Source of the DNA: Patescibacteria group bacterium
Lineage (GTDB): Bacteria > Patescibacteriota > Patescibacteriia > PEXW01
Length of the DNA stretch: 64,000 bases
Direction: 5' to 3'
Assembly (NCBI GenBank): GCA_041671325.1
Contig: JBAZBR010000002.1
Span: forward strand, 73,978 to 137,977
Shown here: positions 19,954 through 29,739 of the stretch, in pieces
Layout of the letters: each line of letters begins with the position of its first letter
How positions within the stretch are numbered: position 1 is the stretch's first letter
Notes under the pieces: generated by a model
Told to the model about the DNA's origin: nothing
Seen by the model: only the letters and a program-made list of their open reading frames with translations
Database searches by the model: none
Position numbers and translations under genes: made by a program

Positions 19954-20154
19954 ATGAACTTAAAAGAATTAAAACTTAAGAATATCCAGGAACTAAAGAG
20001 CTTATTGGCTGAAATGCGGGAGAAACTGCGGGATTTGCATTTTAAACTTGCCCAGGATTCCCATAAGGACGTTAGAGAAGTCAGGGAAACCAGGAAAACT
20101 ATTGCTAAAATTTTGACTCTGATAAAAGAGCAAGAGAAGAAGCCAATAAAGTAA
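19954..20154 (+). CDS. rpmC: 50S ribosomal protein L29
   Basis: Homology, position. Confidence 0.9.
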   Translation: MNLKELKLKNIQELKSLLAEMREKLRDLHFKLAQDSHKDVREVRETRKTIAKILTLIKEQEKKPIK

Positions 20155-20160
20155 ATTTTT

Positions 20161-20418
20161 ATGAATACCCAAACAAGCAATAATAAAAGAATTCTGGCCG
20201 GCACGGTTGTTTCAACAAAAATGGATAAGACTATTGCAGTTAAGGTTGATCGGGTTTTAGTCCATCCGAAATACGGCAAACGCTACAATACCAGCAAAAA
20301 ATATTTAGTCGCAGCGCCAAACAAGGAATACAAAGAAGGTGATAAGGTTGAATTTGTTGAATGCCGGCCGTTATCAAAATTAAAGCGCTGGCGCGTAATT
20401 ACCAAACCTAAGAAATAA
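20161..20418 (+). CDS. rpsQ: 30S ribosomal protein S17
   Basis: Homology. Confidence 0.95.
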   Translation: MNTQTSNNKRILAGTVVSTKMDKTIAVKVDRVLVHPKYGKRYNTSKKYLVAAPNKEYKEGDKVEFVECRPLSKLKRWRVITKPKK

Positions 20419-20424
20419 TATTTT

Positions 20425-20796
20425 ATGGTTCAACTTAGATCAAGATTAGTTTCCGCCGACAACACTGGCGCTAGGGACCTGGCCGTCATTACGAATTTAG
20501 GCGGTTATAAAAAACGTTACGCGCAAATTGGCGATATTGTCCGTGTGGTGGTTAAAGAAGCTATTCCCCATTCCAGCGTGAAAAAAAGCGAAATGTACCA
20601 TGCGGTGATTGTTAGGCAACGCAAGGAATACCGGCGAATTGACGGCACTTACATCCGTTTTGATGATAATGCAGCGGTGATTATTGATCCAAAGTCCAAA
20701 GAACCCAAAGGCACCCGGATTTTCGGGCCGGTTGCCCGAGAATTGAAAAGCAAAGGCTATGCAAAATTAATCTCTTTAGCTCCGGAAGTTTTATAA
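20425..20796 (+). CDS. rplN: 50S ribosomal protein L14
   Basis: Homology. Confidence 0.97.
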   Translation: MVQLRSRLVSADNTGARDLAVITNLGGYKKRYAQIGDIVRVVVKEAIPHSSVKKSEMYHAVIVRQRKEYRRIDGTYIRFDDNAAVIIDPKSKEPKGTRIFGPVARELKSKGYAKLISLAPEVL

Positions 20797-20802
20797 AAAT
20801 AT

Positions 20803-21117
20803 ATGAATTTTAAAACAGGCGATCAAGTCTACGTTACTAAAGGCCAAAGCAACGGGAAAAAAGGCAAAATTATCCAAATTTTTCCAAAAAAGAATTTGGT
20901 TGTTGTTGAAGGTGTCAATGAAAGAACGCGGCATATCCGCAACCGCCGGGGCAAAGATAAGGGTCAAAAAATTTCTTTTTTTGCGCCGCTTAATGCCGCT
21001 AATGTCATGCTGTACTGTTCCAAGTGCGGCAAACCCCGAAGAAGCAAAATTTTTATTTCTAATGACGCAAAAAAACAAAGAATTTGCGTAAAATGTAAAG
21101 GCGTGTTTGGCATATGA
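20803..21117 (+). CDS. rplX: 50S ribosomal protein L24 (C-terminal CxxC...CxxC zinc ribbon)
   Basis: KOW motif N-terminus; CSKCGK...CVKCKG. Confidence 0.9.
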   Translation: MNFKTGDQVYVTKGQSNGKKGKIIQIFPKKNLVVVEGVNERTRHIRNRRGKDKGQKISFFAPLNAANVMLYCSKCGKPRRSKIFISNDAKKQRICVKCKGVFGI

Positions 21118-21731
21118 AAGCATCTACCCCAAGATTATTAGAAAAATATCGGAAGGAAATTGCCCCTAAACTGGCAAAAGATTTGGGTTTGGAAAATATC
21201 AATGCCGTTCCTAAAATCAGCAAGATTATTTTGAATTCAGGTTTCGGCAACGGCATTAAAGATCCGAAACTCCAGGAAGCCGTAGTTTCGACTTTAACCA
21301 GAATAAGCGGTCAAAAACCGATCTTAACAAAATCCAAGAAATCAATTTCTGCCTTTAAGATCCGTTCAGGCATGGCTATTGGCGCGATGGTTACGCTCCG
21401 AGGCAAAAGAATGTATGACTTTTTAGATAAACTTGTTAACGTTGCCCTGCCCCGTATCCGGGACTTCCGCGGGCTTTCCACATCGGCTTTTGACAAGCAG
21501 GGGAATTATGCTTTGGGTTTTAAAGAACATTTAGCTTTTCCAGAAATCAGGTCGGATGAAGTTGAAAAAATCCACGGCCTGGAAGTGATATTTTCAACCA
21601 CCGCCAAAGATCCCCTAGCCGGTAAAGCTCTTTTGGAGGCCTTAGGCTTTCCATTCAGAGAAGGAATTGAAAAGACCGAAGAGGAATCCAAAAAATTAAA
21701 AAAATCAGACTTAAAGAAGAAAAAGGAATAA
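21114..21731 (+). CDS. rplE: 50S ribosomal protein L5
   Basis: Homology. Confidence 0.95.
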   Translation: MKASTPRLLEKYRKEIAPKLAKDLGLENINAVPKISKIILNSGFGNGIKDPKLQEAVVSTLTRISGQKPILTKSKKSISAFKIRSGMAIGAMVTLRGKRMYDFLDKLVNVALPRIRDFRGLSTSAFDKQGNYALGFKEHLAFPEIRSDEVEKIHGLEVIFSTTAKDPLAGKALLEALGFPFREGIEKTEEESKKLKKSDLKKKKE

Positions 21732-21734
21732 ATT

Positions 21735-21920
21735 ATGTCTACCCAAGCTCTTCAAGCAAAAGCTAAGCGTAAGCCAAAATATTCAACCCGGATCATACGG
21801 CGCTGCTGGCGCTGTGGTCGAGGCCGAGGTTATATGCGTAAATTTGATATGTGCCGAATCTGTGTTCGAGAATTGGCTAACCGAGGCGAAATTCCAGGTT
21901 TACGAAAAGCCAGCTGGTAA
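21735..21920 (+). CDS. rpsN: 30S ribosomal protein S14 type Z (zinc-binding)
   Basis: 61 aa, CWRCGR...CRIC. Confidence 0.95.
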   Translation: MSTQALQAKAKRKPKYSTRIIRRCWRCGRGRGYMRKFDMCRICVRELANRGEIPGLRKASW

Positions 21921-21936
21921 ATAATTAATTAACCCT

Positions 21937-22320
21937 ATGGACTCAATTGCCGACATGTTAACTCGGATCCGCAACGCGGGTTTAGCCCGCCAACGGACCG
22001 TAGTCATCCCTTATTCAAAAATGCGGTTTGCTATCGCCACGGTTTTGGTGCGGGAAACATATTTAGCCGCTGCTCTGCCTTCACCTGACAAGAAAACTTT
22101 TACCATAACCTTGAAATTCAATCCTGACGGCACCACTTTTATCCAGGAGCTGACTAGGCAATCCAAGCCAGGCAGGCGTTTGTATATTTCGGTTGGCGCC
22201 ATCCCCCGGGTGAAAAATGGCTTGGGTATTGCCATTATTTCCACGCCCCAAGGCTTGTTAACTGATAAGCAGGCAAGGAAAAAACATGTTGGCGGGGAAT
22301 TAATTTGTACAATAGCTTAA
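21937..22320 (+). CDS. rpsH: 30S ribosomal protein S8
   Basis: Homology. Confidence 0.95.
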   Translation: MDSIADMLTRIRNAGLARQRTVVIPYSKMRFAIATVLVRETYLAAALPSPDKKTFTITLKFNPDGTTFIQELTRQSKPGRRLYISVGAIPRVKNGLGIAIISTPQGLLTDKQARKKHVGGELICTIA

Positions 22321-22324
22321 ATTT

Positions 22325-22876
22325 ATGTCTAGAATCGGTAAAATCCCAATTTCAATTCCAGAAGGCGTAAAGGTTCAGGTTGCTGGGCCAGAAGTCAAAG
22401 TAATCGGCCCCAAAGGCGAGATAAATTTGACATTAAACCAGCGAATATTAGTAAAGGTTGAAGATAAAATTATCAAGATTGACGTACCCAGCCATAATAA
22501 TAGAAACGATCGGGCATTATGGGGTCTTGGACGGCAGTTAGTTTCGAATGCTGTTGACGGTGTTTCCAAGGGATTTGAAAAACGTTTGGAAATCCAGGGG
22601 GTTGGCTTTAAAGCCGCCTTACAAGGCGTAAACCTCCAATTAAATATTGGGTTTTCCCATCCAGTTATTTTCACCCCGCCCCAAGGCATTAGCTTGGCTA
22701 TTGAAAAGAATGCCATTGTAATTTCTGGTGTCGACAAACAAGTGGTGGGTGAAACAGCCGCTGAAATCAGAAGATTAAAGCCCCCCGAACCTTACAAAGG
22801 CAAGGGCATAAAATATTCCGATGAGATTGTGCGCCGCAAAGCCGGCAAAGTTGTTAAAGCCGCAGGCGCTAAATAA
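22325..22876 (+). CDS. rplF: 50S ribosomal protein L6
   Basis: Homology. Confidence 0.95.
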   Translation: MSRIGKIPISIPEGVKVQVAGPEVKVIGPKGEINLTLNQRILVKVEDKIIKIDVPSHNNRNDRALWGLGRQLVSNAVDGVSKGFEKRLEIQGVGFKAALQGVNLQLNIGFSHPVIFTPPQGISLAIEKNAIVISGVDKQVVGETAAEIRRLKPPEPYKGKGIKYSDEIVRRKAGKVVKAAGAK

Positions 22877-22882
22877 GATTTT

Positions 22883-23254
22883 ATGAAAAATTTATCTAAA
22901 AAAATTAATCGACAACATAGGCACCATCGAGTGCGGGCTAAAGTTGAAGGCACGGAATTGCAGCCTCGTTTGGTGGTTTTCCGTTCTGCCAAGCATCTTG
23001 CCGCCCAGATTATTAATGATGCGACTAGTAAAACCTTATTGGGTTTGAGCGATAAGCATTTAGCCAAGGATTTTAAACCGAAAAAAGGCCAGAATGCTAA
23101 GATTGCAATTGCTGAAGCCTTGGGAAAATTAATGGCTGAAAAAGCCAAAACTAAAAAAATCGATAGGGTAATTTTTGATGTTGCCGGCTATAAATACCAT
23201 GGCCGCGTCAAGGCTTTTGCTGACGGTGCCCGGTCAGGCGGCTTAAAGTTTTAA
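22883..23254 (+). CDS. rplR: 50S ribosomal protein L18
   Basis: Homology. Confidence 0.93.
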   Translation: MKNLSKKINRQHRHHRVRAKVEGTELQPRLVVFRSAKHLAAQIINDATSKTLLGLSDKHLAKDFKPKKGQNAKIAIAEALGKLMAEKAKTKKIDRVIFDVAGYKYHGRVKAFADGARSGGLKF

Positions 23255-23265
23255 ATAAAAGTATT

Positions 23266-23778
23266 ATGAATCCACAATCACGTTCACAAGGCGGCCGCAG
23301 GCAGCCCAGACAAAGAGAAAAGTCTGAATTTGATCAGAAGACCATTGATTTAGCGCGGGTTACCCGCGTGGTAGCTGGAGGCAAGCGTATGCGTTTCCGC
23401 GCCTGCGTGGTTATTGGCGATCGGAAAGGCCGAGTCGGGGTCGGGGTGGCCAAGGGTACGGATGTGCAAATGGCTGTTGAAAAAGCTTCAACTTCAGCCA
23501 AGCGCCACCTTGTCCACGTAGTTTTGCATGGCAGTACCATTCCGCATGCCATTAATTTAAAATTTGGTGCCGCACGGGTTTTACTAAAGCCAGCACCAGC
23601 TGGGTCTGGAGTTATTGCTGGCGGCGCGGCTAGAGCCGTGCTTGATTTGGCAGGCATTCGGGATGTGGTCAGCAAAATGCTTGGTTCAAAAAATAAGATC
23701 AACAATGTTCGTGCGGTCATAATGGCATTAAGCCAGTTAAAGCCCCGGACAACTAAAGAAAAAACCGTAGTTGAATAA
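23266..23778 (+). CDS. rpsE: 30S ribosomal protein S5
   Basis: Homology. Confidence 0.95.
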   Translation: MNPQSRSQGGRRQPRQREKSEFDQKTIDLARVTRVVAGGKRMRFRACVVIGDRKGRVGVGVAKGTDVQMAVEKASTSAKRHLVHVVLHGSTIPHAINLKFGAARVLLKPAPAGSGVIAGGAARAVLDLAGIRDVVSKMLGSKNKINNVRAVIMALSQLKPRTTKEKTVVE

Positions 23779-23783
23779 ATTTT

Positions 23784-24284
23784 ATGTCTATTAACCTTTC
23801 TAATTTAAAACCTAGCGTTGGCAGCCGCAAAAAAAAGGTTCGGGTTGGCCGAGGCAATGCTTCGGGTCATGGGACCTTTTCTGGCCGGGGCATTAAAGGC
23901 CAGCGGGCCAGGTCTGGTGGCCGAAAAAAACTGCAAAGGCGCGGCCTGAAGCAGATGCTGATGCAGCTGCCAAAATCCCGAGGTTTTCAGAGCCAGTGGT
24001 CAAAATATTCAGTGGTTAATCTGGTGGAACTGGCTAAGCATTATAAAAATGGTGAAAAAGTGACACCAGAAAATTTAATCAAGGTAAAATTAATTAAACC
24101 AAAGACCTTGGTCAAAATCTTGGGTGGAGGTAAACTTACCCTGAATCTAAATGTTTGGGCTAATGCTTTTTCCAAGAGTGCAATAACCGCAATTGAAAAA
24201 GCTGGCGGAACGGTAAATAAAGTGATTATTCCAGAAGCTTTAAAGCCTAAAAGACAAGCTGAGAAATTAAAAGCTAATAAATAA
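23784..24284 (+). CDS. rplO: 50S ribosomal protein L15 (L30 gene absent between S5 and L15)
   Basis: GRGNASGHGTFSGRG motif. Confidence 0.93.
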   Translation: MSINLSNLKPSVGSRKKKVRVGRGNASGHGTFSGRGIKGQRARSGGRKKLQRRGLKQMLMQLPKSRGFQSQWSKYSVVNLVELAKHYKNGEKVTPENLIKVKLIKPKTLVKILGGGKLTLNLNVWANAFSKSAITAIEKAGGTVNKVIIPEALKPKRQAEKLKANK

Positions 24285-25567
24285 TGCTGGAAAAATTAAG
24301 CCAACTTTGGCGAGCCAAGGATTTACGAAAGACTTTGCTGTTCGTGCTTTTAATGTTGTTAATTTTTCGGATTTTAGCCCACATTCCAGTTCCCGGGATT
24401 GACCCGAGCGGTTTGAAGCAGGTTTTACAGGGCAACCCCTTGCTAGGGCTTTTGAATTTATTTTCTGGCGGCGGTTTACAGAATTTTTCAATTGTCATGT
24501 TGGGGGTTGGGCCCTATATCACAGCCTCAATTATCATGCAGTTGTTGACCATGATTATCCCAAAACTGGAAGCCATCCAGAAAGATGGGGAATCAGGCCA
24601 AGCCAGGATTAACCAATATACCAGGTATCTGACCGTACCCATGACGATATTGCAGGCTTTTAGCACTCTGACTTTCTTAAGGCAGCAAGGCGCTGGAAAA
24701 TTAATGGGAAATTTATCACCCTTGCAATTAGCAACCGCTATCATTTGTATTGTTGGCGGCACTATGTTATTGATGTGGATAGGTGAATTGATAACCGAAA
24801 AGAAAGTTGGGAATGGCATTTCCTTGCTTATTTTTGCAGGTATTGTGGCACAAATTCCCCAGTCCATCCAACAAACCTTAAGCGTGCTGGATAAAACTCA
24901 AATTTTCACCATTGCCATGTTCTTATTGGTGGGGATTATCACGATTGCTGGCGTCGTTTTTGTGACCGAAGGCCAGCGTAATATCCCCGTCACCTACGCT
25001 AAAAGGATTATGGGCTCGCAGTCTGCTGGCGGGGTGAATACCCATTTGCCCTTAAGAGTGAATCAAGCTGGCGTAATTCCCATTATCTTTGCTGTATCAA
25101 TTATTTTAGTCCCACCTTTAATTGCGCAGTTTTTCACCAAGAACCACCTCCCTTGGGTTGCGAATTTAGCCACTTGGGTTAACACGACTTTTCAAAATCA
25201 AACCTTTTATGGCATTTCCTATTTTGTTTTAGTGGTGGCCTTTACTTATTTTTATACAGCCGTAGTTTTTCAGCCCAATAACATTGCGGAAAATTTGCAA
25301 AAGCAAGGCGGTTTTATCCCCGGCATCAGGCCTGGACCACCAACCTCTCATTACTTAAGTTTTGTCTCTAACCGGATAATTTTAGGGGGCGCATTATTCT
25401 TGGGCGCTATCGCCGTTCTGCCAACAATTATTCAATCTGCCTCAAATGTAAAATCTTTGGCTATTGGCGGGACTAGCTTATTGATCGTCGTCAGCGTGGT
25501 TTTGGAAAGCGTCAAGCAAGTCCAGGCGCAATTGGTCATGCGGGATTACGAAGCCTTTTATAAATGA
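24284..25567 (+). CDS. secY: Preprotein translocase subunit SecY
   Basis: 10-TM SecY homology. Confidence 0.95.
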   Translation: MLEKLSQLWRAKDLRKTLLFVLLMLLIFRILAHIPVPGIDPSGLKQVLQGNPLLGLLNLFSGGGLQNFSIVMLGVGPYITASIIMQLLTMIIPKLEAIQKDGESGQARINQYTRYLTVPMTILQAFSTLTFLRQQGAGKLMGNLSPLQLATAIICIVGGTMLLMWIGELITEKKVGNGISLLIFAGIVAQIPQSIQQTLSVLDKTQIFTIAMFLLVGIITIAGVVFVTEGQRNIPVTYAKRIMGSQSAGGVNTHLPLRVNQAGVIPIIFAVSIILVPPLIAQFFTKNHLPWVANLATWVNTTFQNQTFYGISYFVLVVAFTYFYTAVVFQPNNIAENLQKQGGFIPGIRPGPPTSHYLSFVSNRIILGGALFLGAIAVLPTIIQSASNVKSLAIGGTSLLIVVSVVLESVKQVQAQLVMRDYEAFYK

Positions 25568-25659
25568 TAATAAATTTTAACTAAATCCAGTTCTATAGGA
25601 AAAACTTTGGATTTGGTTATTTATATTCCTTAGGGTATAGTTAAGGGGTCATAAAATAA

Positions 25660-26340
25660 ATGAGCACTTCTCACCCCCGACCATTTAACCTAGTAATACT
25701 GGGCCCACCCGGGTCTGGCAAAGGCACGCAAGCCCAAAGCCTAGCCGAGCGTTTTTCTTTATATCATTTATCATCCGGGGATCTTATTAGAAAAGTCATT
25801 GATTCAAAAGACGTTAACGATCCTTTAGTCGAAGAGGTTAAGGATAGGTATAACCAAGGCGTTCCCCAGCCTGACAATATTGCTTTGGAATTAGTAGAAA
25901 GGGAAATTAACCGTTTGCACCACAAGACGGGTTTTGTTTTTGATAGCTTTCCTTTATCTTTACCACAAGCCATTAGTCTGGAAAGGATAATGAAAGTTTA
26001 TGAAATTCGGGAGCCATATGTAATATTGATAAAAGTTTCAATGCAAGAAACTTTAGATAGATTGACTAAGCGGAAATACTGTCCGTTCGACCAGCACGTC
26101 TATCATCCCCAAGATATCAGCTATAAGAAAAATCTTTGCGAATTGTGCGGTCAGCAATTAATCACCCGGACAGATGATACGCCCGAGGTGGTAAGAAAAA
26201 GATATATAGCGTATGAGTCCAGAATGAAAGAACTGGCAGAGTTTTATCGGGAGAAAGGCCGGCTTTTGGAAATAAACGGCGAACAGTCAATACCTGAAGT
26301 CTTTCAGGAAATTATAAATGCTTTGGTTCCGCATTTATGA
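25660..26340 (+). CDS. adk: Adenylate kinase (zinc-LID type)
   Basis: P-loop GPPGSGKGTQ; CPFD...CELCG zinc LID. Confidence 0.9.
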   Translation: MSTSHPRPFNLVILGPPGSGKGTQAQSLAERFSLYHLSSGDLIRKVIDSKDVNDPLVEEVKDRYNQGVPQPDNIALELVEREINRLHHKTGFVFDSFPLSLPQAISLERIMKVYEIREPYVILIKVSMQETLDRLTKRKYCPFDQHVYHPQDISYKKNLCELCGQQLITRTDDTPEVVRKRYIAYESRMKELAEFYREKGRLLEINGEQSIPEVFQEIINALVPHL

Positions 26341-27083
26341 CTAAATTAAAAAGCCAAACGGAAATTAACGCCCTGAAAGAAGGTGGCAGGATTTTAGCCG
26401 AGGTGTTAAGAAAAATCAGCGAGGTCATTAAGCCTGGCACTAAAGCAGGCGAACTGGATGCTTTGGCTGAAAAATTAATCAGAAAAGCAGGTGCTGAACC
26501 GGCCTTTAAAGGCTACCAAGACTATCCAGCGACTTTGTGCGTTTCGGTAAATTCCGAAGTTGTTCACGGCATTCCGGGCCATAAAATTTTTAAAAACGGT
26601 GATATTGTCGGTTTGGATTGTGGCCTGAAGTATAAAAATTTATATACGGACGCGGCCTTAACCGTGGGGGTCGGAAAAATTTCAAAAGCCGCTGCCCGAC
26701 TTATTGAAGTTACTGAGGATTCTTTCTGGCAGGGCGTAAAAGCCATAAAAGCCGGCGTTACCACGGGTGATATTGGCCATGCCATCCAGGCCTATGCCGA
26801 AGCAAACGGTTTTAACGTGGTCAGGGCTTTAGTAGGCCATGGAGTGGGCAGGCAAGTCCATGAGGATCCTAAAATCCCTAATTATGGCGCTAAAGGTATG
26901 GGCGTAAAACTTGAAGCCGGTACAATCATAGCCGTAGAGCCAATGCTTACTGAAGGCGGTTATGAGGTTGCCACTGCGTCTGACCATTGGACTGTGGTTA
27001 CGGCTGATGGCGGTTTGGCCGCGCATTATGAACATACAATATTGGTCACTGAAAAAGGCAGTGAAATAATCACCAAATTATGA
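26337..27083 (+). CDS. map: Methionine aminopeptidase type I
   Basis: Homology. Confidence 0.93.
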   Translation: MTKLKSQTEINALKEGGRILAEVLRKISEVIKPGTKAGELDALAEKLIRKAGAEPAFKGYQDYPATLCVSVNSEVVHGIPGHKIFKNGDIVGLDCGLKYKNLYTDAALTVGVGKISKAAARLIEVTEDSFWQGVKAIKAGVTTGDIGHAIQAYAEANGFNVVRALVGHGVGRQVHEDPKIPNYGAKGMGVKLEAGTIIAVEPMLTEGGYEVATASDHWTVVTADGGLAAHYEHTILVTEKGSEIITKL

Positions 27084-27478
27084 AAATTCTGGGTATAGAT
27101 TGGGGAGAAAAAAGATTAGGCTTGGCAATCAGCCAGGATGAAGCCTGGGCCTTTCCTTGGAAAATTTTGGAAATCCAAAGTTTTACTCAAGGGATTGAGA
27201 TGTTGGCAAATATTGTTGAAGAGCAAAAAATTGAAAAGGTGGTGGTTGGCATGCCCATAGGCATGGACGGGAAAGATACCAAACAAACCAGCCGGGTGAG
27301 GGAAGTCGTGGCAGACTTGGGGCATGTTTTGAATATGCCGATTGAAATGATTGATGAGCGCTTGACTAGTGAAGCGGCAAAAAAATTACAATTTGAAAGC
27401 GGAAAAACCACTAAAAATATTGATGCCCAAGCCGCAACGCAAATTTTACAAACTTTTTTAGATCAGAGGAAAAAATGA
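27080..27478 (+). CDS. ruvX: Putative pre-16S rRNA nuclease / Holliday-junction resolvase-like YqgF
   Basis: MKILGIDWGEKRLGLAIS N-terminus. Confidence 0.85.
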   Translation: MKILGIDWGEKRLGLAISQDEAWAFPWKILEIQSFTQGIEMLANIVEEQKIEKVVVGMPIGMDGKDTKQTSRVREVVADLGHVLNMPIEMIDERLTSEAAKKLQFESGKTTKNIDAQAATQILQTFLDQRKK

Positions 27479-28566
27479 CTTATTTGTTTGCCGGCTTATC
27501 GGCTTTTGGTTTGTCCATAATCCTAACCGGGGCAGTTAGGAAATTCAGTCTGCAACGTCAAATTCTTGATACTCCGGCCCAGGCACCCAAACGCAAAATT
27601 CATCAAACCCCAATTCCCTTGTTAGGCGGCTGGGCGATTTTTTTAAGCTTTATCATTATCGCTTGGATAGTTGCCTTAACCACTACGCAATTATTCGGGG
27701 GTTTTTTCCTGCCTAAATATTTGATAGGCATGACTATTGCGGGTTTGGTTTTAATGCTGGGCGGTTATTTGGATGATAGAAACCACCTGAAGCCAAAACA
27801 ACAAATCTTATTTCCAATAATCTCGGCTTTGATAATTATTGCAGTTGGCATCGGCATACCATATATAACCAATCCTTTTGGCGGAGTAATGGAACTTAAC
27901 AAATTTTCTTGGACCATCTTTTCAATTAATGGCATTCCTTACCGGCTAATTTTGTTTGCGGATATCTTTGCTTTCTTATGGCTGATTGCCACGACTTATA
28001 CTACCAAAATATTAGATGGTTTAGACGGCCTGGTTTCCGGAATAACTGTCATAGGCGCGGTTATAATTGCTATCCTAAGCCTTTCCAAAGAAGTAACCCA
28101 GCCAGAAACTGCCATCTTGGCATCAATTTTAGCTGGATCAGCTTTGGGATTTTTAATTTGGAATTGGCATCCAGCCAAGATTTTCCTCGGTGAATCAGGT
28201 TCTACTTGGACTGGTTTTATGCTTGGAACATTAGCAATAATTGCGGGCGGTAAAATTGCCACAGCTTTGTTGATTTTAGGTATACCCGCTATAGATATTT
28301 TATGGGCGATTGGCCGTCGGGTGGTTGCCCATAAATCCGCATTTGTTTCTGACCGTGGGCATTTGCATTTCCGCCTGTTGGACGTAGGTTTTTCCCACCG
28401 CCAAGCCGTCTTACTTTTATATACCATTACCGCGGTTTTTGGCAGTGTCACTTTGGTTACCCGGGGGCAACAAAAATTTTATGCCTTGCTTAGTTTAGCA
28501 ATCGTTATGTTCATGCTGACCTTAGCCGTGGTTATTGCTTATCGCAGAAAAACCAGCAAAACATAA
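27475..28566 (+). CDS. Glycosyltransferase family 4 (WecA/TagO-like undecaprenyl-phosphate GlcNAc-1-phosphate transferase)
   Basis: DDRNHL, LDGLDGL, DRGHLHFRLL motifs; polytopic membrane protein. Confidence 0.8.
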   Translation: MTYLFAGLSAFGLSIILTGAVRKFSLQRQILDTPAQAPKRKIHQTPIPLLGGWAIFLSFIIIAWIVALTTTQLFGGFFLPKYLIGMTIAGLVLMLGGYLDDRNHLKPKQQILFPIISALIIIAVGIGIPYITNPFGGVMELNKFSWTIFSINGIPYRLILFADIFAFLWLIATTYTTKILDGLDGLVSGITVIGAVIIAILSLSKEVTQPETAILASILAGSALGFLIWNWHPAKIFLGESGSTWTGFMLGTLAIIAGGKIATALLILGIPAIDILWAIGRRVVAHKSAFVSDRGHLHFRLLDVGFSHRQAVLLLYTITAVFGSVTLVTRGQQKFYALLSLAIVMFMLTLAVVIAYRRKTSKT

Positions 28567-28596
28567 AACCCGCCTTGGCTTTGGCGGGTTTTAAAA
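28566..28596. terminator. Bidirectional rho-independent terminator
   Basis: AACCCGCC-TTGGCTTT-GGCGGGTT + TT, flanked by A-tract. Confidence 0.7.
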
Positions 28597-28609
28597 ATAG
28601 CTTTAGTTG

Positions 28610-29035
28610 TTATGTGCCGTAGATTCTGTTGAAGTAATATCTGCGGGCATGCTCTTTGTCTTTTTTTTCGTATTCCTTGCGAAGATTGATTCCCCGTTGA
28701 ATTGCGCGTTCGAATTGGCAGCCCATAATGGGCTTCACTTGCTTTGTCGATCCAACGGTTTCACAGCTGTTAAAAGCGGCGATGATCAATGACCATTTTA
28801 GTAGCCACTCTTTTTCATTTTCCAATCCATGGAAGGCGGTTTGGAAGGCGATGGCTCTAAGAAGGCAACGCTTTGTTTTGCCTTTGCAATGGTTTAGGGT
28901 CATCATCTTTTTCACGATTTGGAGAGCCTGGTTGGCATCAAAATTGGCTGCAAGCAGTTCGGTTTCTAGCATGCTAAGAAGCGAATGAGCCTCTTTTGTT
29001 TTTACTTGCTGTTCCGAAGACTCTTTGGTATTCAT
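28610..29035 (-). CDS. Hypothetical protein (141 aa)
   Basis: ATG at 29035 preceded by GGAAAGGA; the track ORF extension to 29137 is encoded by the repeat element. Confidence 0.6.
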   Translation of the reverse strand: MNTKESSEQQVKTKEAHSLLSMLETELLAANFDANQALQIVKKMMTLNHCKGKTKRCLLRAIAFQTAFHGLENEKEWLLKWSLIIAAFNSCETVGSTKQVKPIMGCQFERAIQRGINLRKEYEKKDKEHARRYYFNRIYGT

Positions 29036-29114
29036 GGAATCCTTTCCTGGGTGAGGGTTTTTAAACTTGCGGTTTTTGATTTTAAACTCTATTGTAGATT
29101 TAAGCTTTAAATTA

Positions 29115-29229
29115 GTCAACCCAGCACCACTTTTCACTAAAACGCCCTAAACATAGCCCCTGAGTTATTTTTGGATAACAAGTTACAGTATAAAGAAAGG
29201 CTGTTTATGAAAAGTGGTGCTGGGTCAAC
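29115..29229. repeat. Second copy of the terminal-inverted-repeat element (GTCAACCCAGCACCACTTTTCA ... TGAAAAGTGGTGCTGGGTCAAC)
   Basis: 22-bp perfect inverted arms; arm and loop-edge similarity (CTAAAAC...TGT.T) to the element at 9859-9977. Confidence 0.7.
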
Positions 29230-29241
29230 CCCCTTAATTTT

Positions 29242-29739
29242 ATGGGCAAAAGCATGGTTACTTTCCTGGCAGTCGGCATTCTGTTGATTGCTTTTGCTTG
29301 GGCAATAGGTGGCAATGAAATTACCGATTACACGTCTTATTATTTCAAGTGCCTAATTGGCCAAACTGCCAAGGTTGAGATAAAAAATCAAGTTATTAAA
29401 GCTGAAGTTGTCAAATCGACTAAAGCTAAAGCCAAAGGCTTGAGCCATCGGAGAAATCTGCCAAAAGATAAAGGCATGCTTTTTGTCTTTGACCAGGCGG
29501 ATAAATATGAGTTTTGGATGAAAGACATGAAAATTCCCTTGGATATTATCTGGATCAACGATGGTAAGGTGGTGGATATTTCTAGAGGTGTTTTTCCGCC
29601 AGTTGCAGGTTCAGAGCCGGTAAGAGTCAAACCCACTAAATCAGTTAAAGAGATTTTGGAAGTTTATTCTGGCGTTGGGCAAAATTGGCAAATAGGCGAC
29701 CAGGTAAATATTACATTTGGGAGAATTTTAGGTTTATGA
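29242..29739 (+). CDS. DUF192 domain protein (COG1430)
   Basis: KGLSHRRNLPKDKGMLFVF...YEFWMKDMKIPLDIIWI. Confidence 0.7.
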   Translation: MGKSMVTFLAVGILLIAFAWAIGGNEITDYTSYYFKCLIGQTAKVEIKNQVIKAEVVKSTKAKAKGLSHRRNLPKDKGMLFVFDQADKYEFWMKDMKIPLDIIWINDGKVVDISRGVFPPVAGSEPVRVKPTKSVKEILEVYSGVGQNWQIGDQVNITFGRILGL

